From an uncultured delta proteobacterium (GTDB taxonomy: Bacteria; Myxococcota_A; Polyangia; Polyangiales; Polyangiaceae): 64,000 nucleotides of DNA. Every line of letters begins with the position of its first letter. Position 1 is the first letter of the stretch. The stretch covers positions 64,001 through 128,000 of the forward strand of contig CAWKKR010000004.1 in NCBI GenBank assembly GCA_963850305.1. The letters run 5' to 3'. The notes beneath the pieces are model-generated. The model was not told the origin of the DNA. It made no database searches and worked only from the letters and a program-made list of their open reading frames with translations. Positions 29,801 to 37,344 of the stretch are shown piece after piece. The position numbers and the translations under genes were made by a program.

Positions 29801-32214
29801 TCGAAGCGAACCCGAAGGATCGATCCGCGCCGCTCATCCTCCGCGCCGCGTACGTCGCGCGCGGAGACGTGAACGCAGCGGCCGAGCTGCTCGAGCAGGA
29901 GATCAAGCAGACCGAAGGCGAGTCCGCTCGCGCAAAACTCGCTGGCGAAATGGCCGCGCTCTGTCGCGATCGGCTTCACAACGACGCCCGCGGAGAGTCC
30001 TGGGCGAAGATCGCCCTTGGTCTCGACCCGACGAACCTCGACGCGCTCCGGGTCATGGGGGACGTCGCCTTCGACGCCGATCACTTCGTGGAGGCGATGC
30101 GCTACTACGACCAGGTCGCGAATCGCACGGACGCGCTGACGCCCCCCGATGCGGTCCGGGTGCTGTCGGCGTACGCCGAGTGCCTCGTGAAGAACAACGC
30201 CGGCAAGAAGGCCGTCGAGGTCGCGGAGAAGCTACTCGCGCTCGCCCCCAACGACGCGACCGTACTCACACGGGCCTCGGAGCTCCTCTTCGAGCACGGG
30301 GAGCCCCACCGTTCATTCGAGGTTCACTGGGACGTGCAGCATCACCTGCGGGACACGCTGGAACCGAGCGAGCGAGCGCGGGTTCTTTATCGTCTCGGCG
30401 AGTCCGCGCGGCGCTCCGGGGACTTCGGGGCGGCGTTGAATCCGCTCGAAGAAGCGGCGTCTCTGGACCCCGACCCGAAGGCGGCGCTGAGGTCCCTCGC
30501 CCTCGTTTACGGTGCGCGCGGCAACTGGGAAGTCGCCATCCGAACGATGTACCGCCAGCTCGAGTTCGAGCAGGGGGACGACCGCGCTCAGCTCTTGCTC
30601 GAAATTGGGGATCTCGCGGCGGAAAAGCTCAAAGACCCATCGTACGCCGCGAAGAGCTACCTGTCCGCGCTCAGCGAGAAGCCGAACGACCGGCGAATCC
30701 TCGCGAAGCTGATGCAGCTCTACAGCGCCGAGAAAGACTGGGATCGTCTCGTCAAGGTGGTGCTGAAGCTTGCGGACTTCGTCGACGACGACAAGCAGAA
30801 GGCCAAGTACCTCTACACCGCGGGGCGGGTCGCCTGGAAGGAGATGGGCGACGTCAAGCTCGCGAGTCAGATCCTCGCTCGCTCGCTCGAGCTCGACGCA
30901 GAGAACGAAGACGTCGCGAAGGACGGCGTCGAGGTCCATGCCCTCTCGGGCAACGCGGAGGGACTGAAGGAAGCTCTGAAGCGCCAGGTGAAGATCGCCT
31001 CGGACGCGGGCGACAGAGAGCAGATGCTGCGGTCGCTCGGCGCGCTCGCGGAGCTCTATCTCCGTCATTTCAAGCGCATGGATCAAGCGATCGCCGTTAC
31101 CGAAGCGGCGCTCGAAGTCGATCCCGACAACGTCGAGCGCAAGGAGCTCCTGGCGCAACTCTACGCGTCCGATACTTCACACTATCTCGACAAGGCCGTC
31201 GCGGCGCAGCTCGAGATCATCTCGCGCGATCCATTCCGACCCGACGCCCACAAGACGCTCCGCCGTCTCTACACCGAGCAGCACAACCCCGACGCGGCGT
31301 GGTGCTGTTGCCAGGCCCTCTACGTCCTCGGTCAGGCCGATGGCGACGAGCAGAGATTTTACCTTCGCATGCGGAACGAGGAGGGCATCACGGCGAAGTC
31401 GCGCCTCACCGAGCCGGATTTTCATTCGTTCTTGTTACACAAGCACGCGGATCCCCTCCTGACGGCACTCTTCACCGTCATACAGCCGGCGGTCATGCTG
31501 GCCCGCGGCAGGACGTTGAAGCAGCTCGGGTACGGGCCGGAACTCCTCATCGATCCGAGCCGCGGACAGTTCGCCTCTGCGCAGGTCATCCCTTACGTCG
31601 CGGACATCCTCGGCATGCCGTGCCCTCCGCTCTTTCAGAATCCGAACGAGTACGGTGAGCTCGCCTTCGTACATGCGCAGCACCCATCCATCGTCATCGG
31701 CACGGCGGTCATCGGCGTCGCGCTGCCGATCCAGACGATTGCCTTCATGGCGGCGCGTCATCTGAGTTTCTATCGGCCCGGCATGTACGTCCGCCAGCTC
31801 GTGCCTACCACGACGGGGCTCAAGGCCTGGCTATTTGCCGCCATCCGATTGATGACGCCGCAATTCCCGATCCCGCCAGACATCCAGGGTCCGGTTCAGG
31901 AGGCGTACCTCGCGCTCGATCGCGGCGTGACGGGATCACAGCGCGACCACCTCGCTCGCGTCGTCTCCAAGCTTCTGCAAGAGGGTACGGCGCTCGATCT
32001 GAGGAAGTGGGTAGCGGGCGTGGACCTCGGCGCCGATCGAGCCGGGCTCCTGATGAGCGACGACCTCGCGACTGCGGTGGAAGTGATCCGCGCCGCGGAT
32101 CCGGCGGCGAGCTCCGTCGGCGCCTCCGAGCGGGTCGAGGAGCTCTACAAGTTTGCCGTGAGCGAGCAATACCTGGGAGCGCGGCAGAAGCTCGGCATCT
32201 CGATCGGACGCTGA
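26890..32214 (+). CDS. Giant pseudokinase-TPR protein
   Basis: Hanks-type kinase fold (LGHGRLGTVY, LKVL, SPEQ, SDLYSFG) with HGS in place of HRD and DAG in place of DFG, followed by more than 1000 aa of TPR-like repeats. Confidence 0.85.
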   Translation: MDADLLTLCAELERAFDLDELKTMSRDVLGMDPDAVGGVSALGSFVKALTQRCVESDAVVALCDAMAAAREDLDPRVTELRSHGVTGDGDLELGDDFGPYLVLRRLGHGRLGTVYLARYEGTDVRLKVLRREATYDRVGLQRFLAASRLAGSVRHDGLPGHVVAGDIEGRYFVAHRHVEGQTLAARIARTGAMHIEEARGVLQGILQALAHLHDRRLVHGSLRLENILVGTAKDGSDAVVLLDAGTYHLGVAPVPANGRSDRLASMGSPKTLSPEQIQGRLPDASSDLYSFGAVLFEVLTGRPVFEAGSVAEAFMAHLTREPSLPSLSAPAGWAGADVDDLVTQLLNKDPEHRPGDAHTLFRAIEMLGTGGPEGERIDGDALEERVRELLSNPTDAFCEEELVGAIRQGGSPRRVAEALRLAADLVDPDEGPEALAAQRRLLSRAARLFATSLKEPESAEPLYARLAQIDPDDAETQATLDRLRRQLGKHEDIVEGLLERCELEEDPTARALLWSQIGRLYTTELGDANQAMVAFIQAFCADPLTPAYAMEVERLAKSPDAWSDVLQECMNAAHEEMPAAAKQALLLQMARWYDSKISRPDLALPCYTAVLSTDPASDAALDGLCTIYRKAQQWSELGQALLLRADLRSTPASIARDLRVESAEILENRLGASEAAKEIYERVLKEDPSHEAACDALVQLYEKAGDFPKFVATLESRARALQGDERRATMFRIAEATELYIKDIPDAIRRYQLVVSEDPKHIDALHGLDRCYSQAGRFRDLVHNLEQQIAAAATPRQKIQLWERVAAVWDEEFIDHGKAAEAWENVLDLDAEHDGALTNLVRHYRALERWNDVVVVYERHMELLQKDRPRQLEKALGLGKVLADGLQVPERAIAVYERALALDPGNSEALEALAALRVGTGETSGAVDAIEALARKAQTPTERSEHFIRAAQILEARGDMDGAIERYKLAVEANPKDRSAPLILRAAYVARGDVNAAAELLEQEIKQTEGESARAKLAGEMAALCRDRLHNDARGESWAKIALGLDPTNLDALRVMGDVAFDADHFVEAMRYYDQVANRTDALTPPDAVRVLSAYAECLVKNNAGKKAVEVAEKLLALAPNDATVLTRASELLFEHGEPHRSFEVHWDVQHHLRDTLEPSERARVLYRLGESARRSGDFGAALNPLEEAASLDPDPKAALRSLALVYGARGNWEVAIRTMYRQLEFEQGDDRAQLLLEIGDLAAEKLKDPSYAAKSYLSALSEKPNDRRILAKLMQLYSAEKDWDRLVKVVLKLADFVDDDKQKAKYLYTAGRVAWKEMGDVKLASQILARSLELDAENEDVAKDGVEVHALSGNAEGLKEALKRQVKIASDAGDREQMLRSLGALAELYLRHFKRMDQAIAVTEAALEVDPDNVERKELLAQLYASDTSHYLDKAVAAQLEIISRDPFRPDAHKTLRRLYTEQHNPDAAWCCCQALYVLGQADGDEQRFYLRMRNEEGITAKSRLTEPDFHSFLLHKHADPLLTALFTVIQPAVMLARGRTLKQLGYGPELLIDPSRGQFASAQVIPYVADILGMPCPPLFQNPNEYGELAFVHAQHPSIVIGTAVIGVALPIQTIAFMAARHLSFYRPGMYVRQLVPTTTGLKAWLFAAIRLMTPQFPIPPDIQGPVQEAYLALDRGVTGSQRDHLARVVSKLLQEGTALDLRKWVAGVDLGADRAGLLMSDDLATAVEVIRAADPAASSVGASERVEELYKFAVSEQYLGARQKLGISIGR

Positions 32215-32452
32215 ACGATCGCTTCGGCGAAGCGCACCATTTGCAACCAGGCTGCGCTTTCACATGAGAGATGCAATCGGGTCGCCCTGTGAGCGGTGTG
32301 ATGCGGTCTTTGAGCGTCAAAAATGGTTACACACCATTGCTTGACGGGAGGCCACCCTGTAAGACAGACATGGCTGCGCTTGGTTACCATTAGGAGCCGG
32401 CGTCGGTGTCTGTGGGGAGCATCCCACCGTCTCGGACGCCAAAGGGAGTGCC

Positions 32453-33571
32453 ATGTCTACACGCTTTCGGCGCGCGGGTTCCGTATTGTGGGGACTGGGG
32501 ATGGTCGTATCCATCCCTGCTTGTGGCTCGAGCAGCGGACCCTCGACGGGCTCCCAGCCCACAGAAACCGGTGCCGCGGGAAACGAATTCCCGGACACCG
32601 GGGGCTACGCGACTGGAAGCGGCGGCACGGACGGCTTTCAGACCCAGGGGAGCGGCGGTCTTCAGACCACCGAAGGCAGCGGAGGCTACGGAACGGGCGG
32701 GGGCGAATCCACGGGCACTGGCGGAGCTCAGAGCACGGGTGGAGCCTCTGGCGCGGGCGGAGTTCGGAGCACGGGTGGAGCCACCGGCGCGGGTGGAGGC
32801 ACCAGTCCTGGCGGGTCCAGCGGGGGCGGTGCGGGCGGCGCCCCCGCCGCAAAGCCTCCGTGCATCACCGATCCGTCCCAGGGCGCGATCATCGGCGATT
32901 CATACGTGACCGGCGCCGCTTCACCGGCGCTACAGCCCGCGCTGGAAGCGCTCGATCCGGCGGCGACGTTCCAGAACTACGCGGTGCCAGGCACATCCCT
33001 GGCCTCGGGCGGACTGCTGGGCTTCATACCGCCCCAGCTGACCAGCGCAATCGGTCAGCAGCCGAACCTCAAGTTCATGATCATGGACGGAGGCGGGAAC
33101 GATATCCTGATCTGCGATCAGATTCAATACCCAGGGTGCAATACCATCTGCGATGCGCCGGGTGCAGAAAACCAGAAAGTGTGCACGGACATCGTCGCGG
33201 CAGCATTCACCGTCGCGAAGCAGATGATGACGACCGCCGCCAACGCCGGGATCAAGGACGTGGTGTACTTCTTCTATCCGCACATCCCGGATGCAAACGG
33301 CGGCTTCAAGGACATCCTCGACTACGCCGCCCCGCTCGCGGAGGATCTCTGCAACAACACGTACACCCAGACGAACGGCAAGCTGACTTGCCATTTCGTG
33401 GACCCGCGCGCAGCCTTCGCCGCAGCAGGCGGCGACATGAACACTGCGAACTTCGCCGCGGACGGGATCCATCCTTCCCAGACTGGACAGAACATCATGG
33501 CAGGCCTCATCTGGAACAAGATGAAGGCGGATTGCCTCGATCAACCTGAAGGCTCGGCTTGCTGCGAGTGA
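32453..33571 (+). CDS. SGNH/GDSL hydrolase lipoprotein with Gly/Thr/Ser linker
   Basis: Lipobox IPAC; IIGDSY, GGGND, DGIHP. Confidence 0.85.
   Translation: MSTRFRRAGSVLWGLGMVVSIPACGSSSGPSTGSQPTETGAAGNEFPDTGGYATGSGGTDGFQTQGSGGLQTTEGSGGYGTGGGESTGTGGAQSTGGASGAGGVRSTGGATGAGGGTSPGGSSGGGAGGAPAAKPPCITDPSQGAIIGDSYVTGAASPALQPALEALDPAATFQNYAVPGTSLASGGLLGFIPPQLTSAIGQQPNLKFMIMDGGGNDILICDQIQYPGCNTICDAPGAENQKVCTDIVAAAFTVAKQMMTTAANAGIKDVVYFFYPHIPDANGGFKDILDYAAPLAEDLCNNTYTQTNGKLTCHFVDPRAAFAAAGGDMNTANFAADGIHPSQTGQNIMAGLIWNKMKADCLDQPEGSACCE
32720..32803 (+). repeat. 36-bp coding tandem repeat (about 2.3 copies, STGGAxGAGG)
   Basis: GAGCACGGGTGGAGCC recurs at 36-bp spacing. Confidence 0.7.
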
Positions 33572-33723
33572 CGCGCCGGGAAGGGGCTGCCGAAAGGTAA
33601 CACTCCGACGGCGGCTCTGGAACGGTGTGGTAGCAAAAAGCCGTCAGGCGCCTCGACTTTGGACCCGGATACGGTTCAAGATGAAGCGAGGGCGGCGAGC
33701 GAAACGCACGTCCCTGGAAACTC

Positions 33724-34647
33724 GTGCCGGACGACACCTTCGACGAGGCAGCGGACCAGACGGTCGTCATCGCCAGCAGCGATCTGAAGGTTCACAGCGT
33801 TCCGGCCATCTCGGAAGCGCGAACGCATGTGCTCGTTCGGATGGACGGGTCCGACATCGGCCAGGTCACGACGCTCGCCGGCTCGGAAATCGAGATGGGA
33901 CGCAGTCCGAAGAGCGCCGTTCATCTGCCGTTCGAAGGCGTCAGCCGGCAGCACGCGCGCATGATCTGGCAGGACGGCGCGTACCTCATCGAGGATCTCG
34001 AGTCGGCGAACGGTACCTTCGTGAAGGGAACGCGCGTAGTGCGCCATCGGCTCGTGGACGGCGACGTGGTGCAGATTGGGCCCCGCGTCGTGTTCCGATA
34101 TTCCATCACCGACAAGAGCGAGGAGCGCATTCTCCGGCAGCTCTACGAATCGAGCGTGAAAGATGCGCTCACCGGCGCTCACAACCGCGAATACCTGGCC
34201 GAGCGACTGAAAGTGGAAGTGGCTTACGCCAAGAGGCACCAGACGGAACTCTCCGTCTTGATGATGGATGTCGATCACTTCAAGAAGGTCAACGACACCT
34301 ACGGTCATCAAGCAGGCGATGCAGTTCTGGTGGCGACTGCGGCCTCGCTGGCCCAGACGCTTCGTAACGAGGACGTCCTTGCCCGTTACGGTGGAGAAGA
34401 ATTCCTGGTGATCTTGCGGGGAACCGGCCTCACCACCGCCCTGACGGTTGCCGAGCGGTTACGACAGCTGGTCGAGATGACGCGGGTCGCTCACGGCGAT
34501 CAGACGATCCGGTGCACGGTCAGCGGCGGCTGCGCGTCGATCACTTGCGCGGAAGCAACGAGCGCCGAAGCGCTCGTTGCCATCGCGGACCGCAGACTGT
34601 ATCTTGCCAAGCGAGCGGGCCGGAATCGTGTGGTCGCGGACGGCTGA
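33724..34647 (+). CDS. FHA-GGDEF diguanylate cyclase
   Basis: FHA: MGRS, VSRQHA, S.NGT. Cyclase: DALTG..NR, DVDHFK.VND.YGH, RNED I-site, YGGEEF. Confidence 0.95.
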   Translation: MPDDTFDEAADQTVVIASSDLKVHSVPAISEARTHVLVRMDGSDIGQVTTLAGSEIEMGRSPKSAVHLPFEGVSRQHARMIWQDGAYLIEDLESANGTFVKGTRVVRHRLVDGDVVQIGPRVVFRYSITDKSEERILRQLYESSVKDALTGAHNREYLAERLKVEVAYAKRHQTELSVLMMDVDHFKKVNDTYGHQAGDAVLVATAASLAQTLRNEDVLARYGGEEFLVILRGTGLTTALTVAERLRQLVEMTRVAHGDQTIRCTVSGGCASITCAEATSAEALVAIADRRLYLAKRAGRNRVVADG

Positions 34648-34656
34648 GGGGGCCGC

Positions 34657-36408
34657 GTGGGGTATCTGAGCCGGTCGTATTCGGCTTCCGTGCGCGTGCA
34701 CGCCATGGCGCGGATCGTTCCTCACGCGCTCGATCTGCACTCGTACGCGCACGCAAATGCGGCGCTGTTGCTGGAACGAAACGCGACGAGGTTCGCCGAT
34801 CGCCCTGCCCTGCTGTTCGGCGACGAGACGTATTCCTGGGCGGAGGTCGAACGCGAGACGAATCGGTGGGCGCAATTCTTCCTGTCGCACGGGATGAGCC
34901 GGGGTTCCGTTGCGGCGCTCCTCATGGACAACCGCCCCGAATACGTCTTCGCACTGCTCGCGCTGAGCCGAATCCGCGCCGTTACGGCGTGCATCAACAC
35001 GAACCTGTCGGGCCGCCCGCTGGCGCACGCGATCAACGCAGTGAATCCATCCATCATAGTGGTCGGCTCGGAGCATCTCGCCGTGTTGACCGCAATGCGA
35101 GAGCGTCGGATCTACGTGCACTCGGATCGCGACGGCGCTGCGAGAGCGGAGTCCATCAATGCGGAACTCGAGAGCCACGACGGGATCCTGGTGCGCCGCT
35201 CGCGCCCCGATACGAGCGAGCCGATGGCGTATCTGTACACCTCGGGAACTACCGGACTTCCGAAGGCCGCCGTGGTCACGAACCAGCGGTTCTTGCTGAC
35301 GGCGTACGCCTTCGGCAAGGCGATGCACGAGGCGTGTGAACACGACGTGATCTACGTCCCGTTGCCGCTCTATCACGGCACGGCGCAGTGGACCGGGTTT
35401 GGCGCGTGTCTGGCGACGGGTGCCGCGATGGCCTTCCGTCGCAGGTTCTCGGCCTCGAGCTTCTGGGCTGACGCCGTGAGGTTCGGCGCGACCCGGATGG
35501 TCTACATCGGCGAGGTCTGCCGCTACTTGCTTCATCAGCCGGTCTCGGCCGACGAGAGTCGGCATTCGATTCGCGTGGCTGCTGGCAATGGATTGCGTCC
35601 GGACGTCTGGACGCCGTTTCAAAGAAGATGCGGCATCCCCATGATCCGGGAATTTTACGGAGCAACCGAGGGCAACGCGCCGCTCGCCAATCTCGAAGGT
35701 CGACCGGGCATGCTGGGTCGCCTGGCGTTCGGGCAAGCGCTCGTCGCGTTCGATGTCGAGTCGGGCACCGTCCGGCGCGACGGGAAAGGGCGCGCCATTC
35801 GCGTGGAGTCCGCCGAGCAGACCGGGCTCTTCATCGGACGCATTTCCGCCGTCACGAAATTCGACGGTTATGTCGACGCGCGCGCCACGGAGGCCAAGGT
35901 CTTGCGCGATGTCTTCGCTCCCGGCGACACGTGGTTCAACACCGGGGACTTGCTCACTCTCCACGAGGACGGCTGGCTTTCGTTCGCCGATCGGGTCGGT
36001 GATACGTTCCGATGGAAGGGGGAGAATGTGTCGACCAACGAAGTGGCGGACGTCCTCGACGCCTTTCCGGCCGTACTCGAGGCCAACGTTTACGGCGTGC
36101 TCGTCGCGGGATCGGAGGGGCGCGCCGGGATGGCGAGCCTCCACGCCACCGACGACTTCGACCTCGATGCTTTCCGCACCCATGTCATGACCGCACTGCC
36201 AGCATACGCACGGCCGTTGTTCCTGCGTCTGCAGACGGAAATGCGTGTCACGGGCACGTTCAAGCACCAGAAGACGGATTACCGGAACGAAGGCTACGAT
36301 CCAACGACGGTGCGGGATCCTCTGTTCGCTTTGCTCGATGGACGATACGTCCCCATCGACGACGCTCTGTTCGCGAGGATCCGAGGCGGCCAAATCGTGC
36401 TCGGCTGA
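34657..36408 (+). CDS. Long-chain acyl-CoA synthetase (FATP/FadD6-like)
   Basis: YTSGTTGLPKAA, GNGLRP, EFYGATEG, DRVGDTFRWKGENVST. Confidence 0.93.
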   Translation: MGYLSRSYSASVRVHAMARIVPHALDLHSYAHANAALLLERNATRFADRPALLFGDETYSWAEVERETNRWAQFFLSHGMSRGSVAALLMDNRPEYVFALLALSRIRAVTACINTNLSGRPLAHAINAVNPSIIVVGSEHLAVLTAMRERRIYVHSDRDGAARAESINAELESHDGILVRRSRPDTSEPMAYLYTSGTTGLPKAAVVTNQRFLLTAYAFGKAMHEACEHDVIYVPLPLYHGTAQWTGFGACLATGAAMAFRRRFSASSFWADAVRFGATRMVYIGEVCRYLLHQPVSADESRHSIRVAAGNGLRPDVWTPFQRRCGIPMIREFYGATEGNAPLANLEGRPGMLGRLAFGQALVAFDVESGTVRRDGKGRAIRVESAEQTGLFIGRISAVTKFDGYVDARATEAKVLRDVFAPGDTWFNTGDLLTLHEDGWLSFADRVGDTFRWKGENVSTNEVADVLDAFPAVLEANVYGVLVAGSEGRAGMASLHATDDFDLDAFRTHVMTALPAYARPLFLRLQTEMRVTGTFKHQKTDYRNEGYDPTTVRDPLFALLDGRYVPIDDALFARIRGGQIVLG

Positions 36409-36427
36409 CCCCCGACGCCGCGATCCG

Positions 36428-37210
36428 TCACTTCCCCGAAAACCGCGGAGCCCGTTTCTCGAGAAACGCGCGCACTCCTTCCGTGTAGTCGGCACTGGCG
36501 TAGCAGGCTTCTATGCTCCGCGCGATGGCCCGCGCATCCCGTTCGACTGCGTCTTTCTCGAACTCGCGCGCGACGATCTTGGCACTCCGGATGGTCAGAG
36601 GTGCATTCTCGGCGATCCGGCCAGCCACGTCGCGCACGAAAGCGTCGAACTCGGGCTTCGGGCGAACTTCGTTCACGAGCCGCCGCGTCAGAGCTTCTTC
36701 GGCGGTGAAGCGTTTGGCGGTGAAGAATATCTCCTTCGCGGCTGAAACCCCGACGACTCGAACGAGGGCTTCGATTCCGGACGCGGGGTATCCGAGCCCG
36801 AGGCGTACCGCGGGGATCGCAAAGGTCGCGTCGGCGGCCGCGTAACGAAAGTCGGCAGTGAGCGCGATGGCGACACCCCCGCCGACACAGAACCCGTGGA
36901 TCGACGCAATGAGCGGCTTGTCGAGCGCGAAGAGCGCCGAGAACGCCCGTTCGTTTGCGGCGTCGTACTCCGCGGCCGCTTCCCCGGACCGGGTGCGCTC
37001 GAACTCCGAGATGTCCGCGCCGGACATGAACGCGACCTCGCCCGCGCCGCGGAGCACGACCACGCGAACCTGCTCGTCTCGAGCCAGGCTCTCGACTGCA
37101 CGCGGAATGTCGAGCCACATATCGAGGGTGATCGCATTCCGGCGTTCGGGATGATCGAACACGATGAACGCGACGGCCCCGTCTTTCTCGATGCGAACGG
37201 CTCCGGGCAT
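36428..37210 (-). CDS. Enoyl-CoA hydratase/isomerase family protein
   Basis: AFMSGADISEF, KPLIASIHGFCVGGG, EGVRAFLEKRAP.F. Confidence 0.92.
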   Translation of the reverse strand: MPGAVRIEKDGAVAFIVFDHPERRNAITLDMWLDIPRAVESLARDEQVRVVVLRGAGEVAFMSGADISEFERTRSGEAAAEYDAANERAFSALFALDKPLIASIHGFCVGGGVAIALTADFRYAAADATFAIPAVRLGLGYPASGIEALVRVVGVSAAKEIFFTAKRFTAEEALTRRLVNEVRPKPEFDAFVRDVAGRIAENAPLTIRSAKIVAREFEKDAVERDARAIARSIEACYASADYTEGVRAFLEKRAPRFSGK

Positions 37211-37344
37211 GCGAAACGCACGATATCCCGGACCGCCCCCCGGGAACAGGCGTGTTGCCGACGGAGCACGGGATCTATGGTCCGCGCGAGGCGGAGCCGG
37301 AGACCATGATCGACCGAACGAAGCACCGGGTCTAGAGTGCTGGC

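Noticed and set aside
27610..30084. 824-aa antisense ORF and similar long shadow ORFs (for example 34459-36495 and 14109-15644)
   Set aside because: They mirror well-supported genes in high-GC DNA and carry no recognisable motifs.
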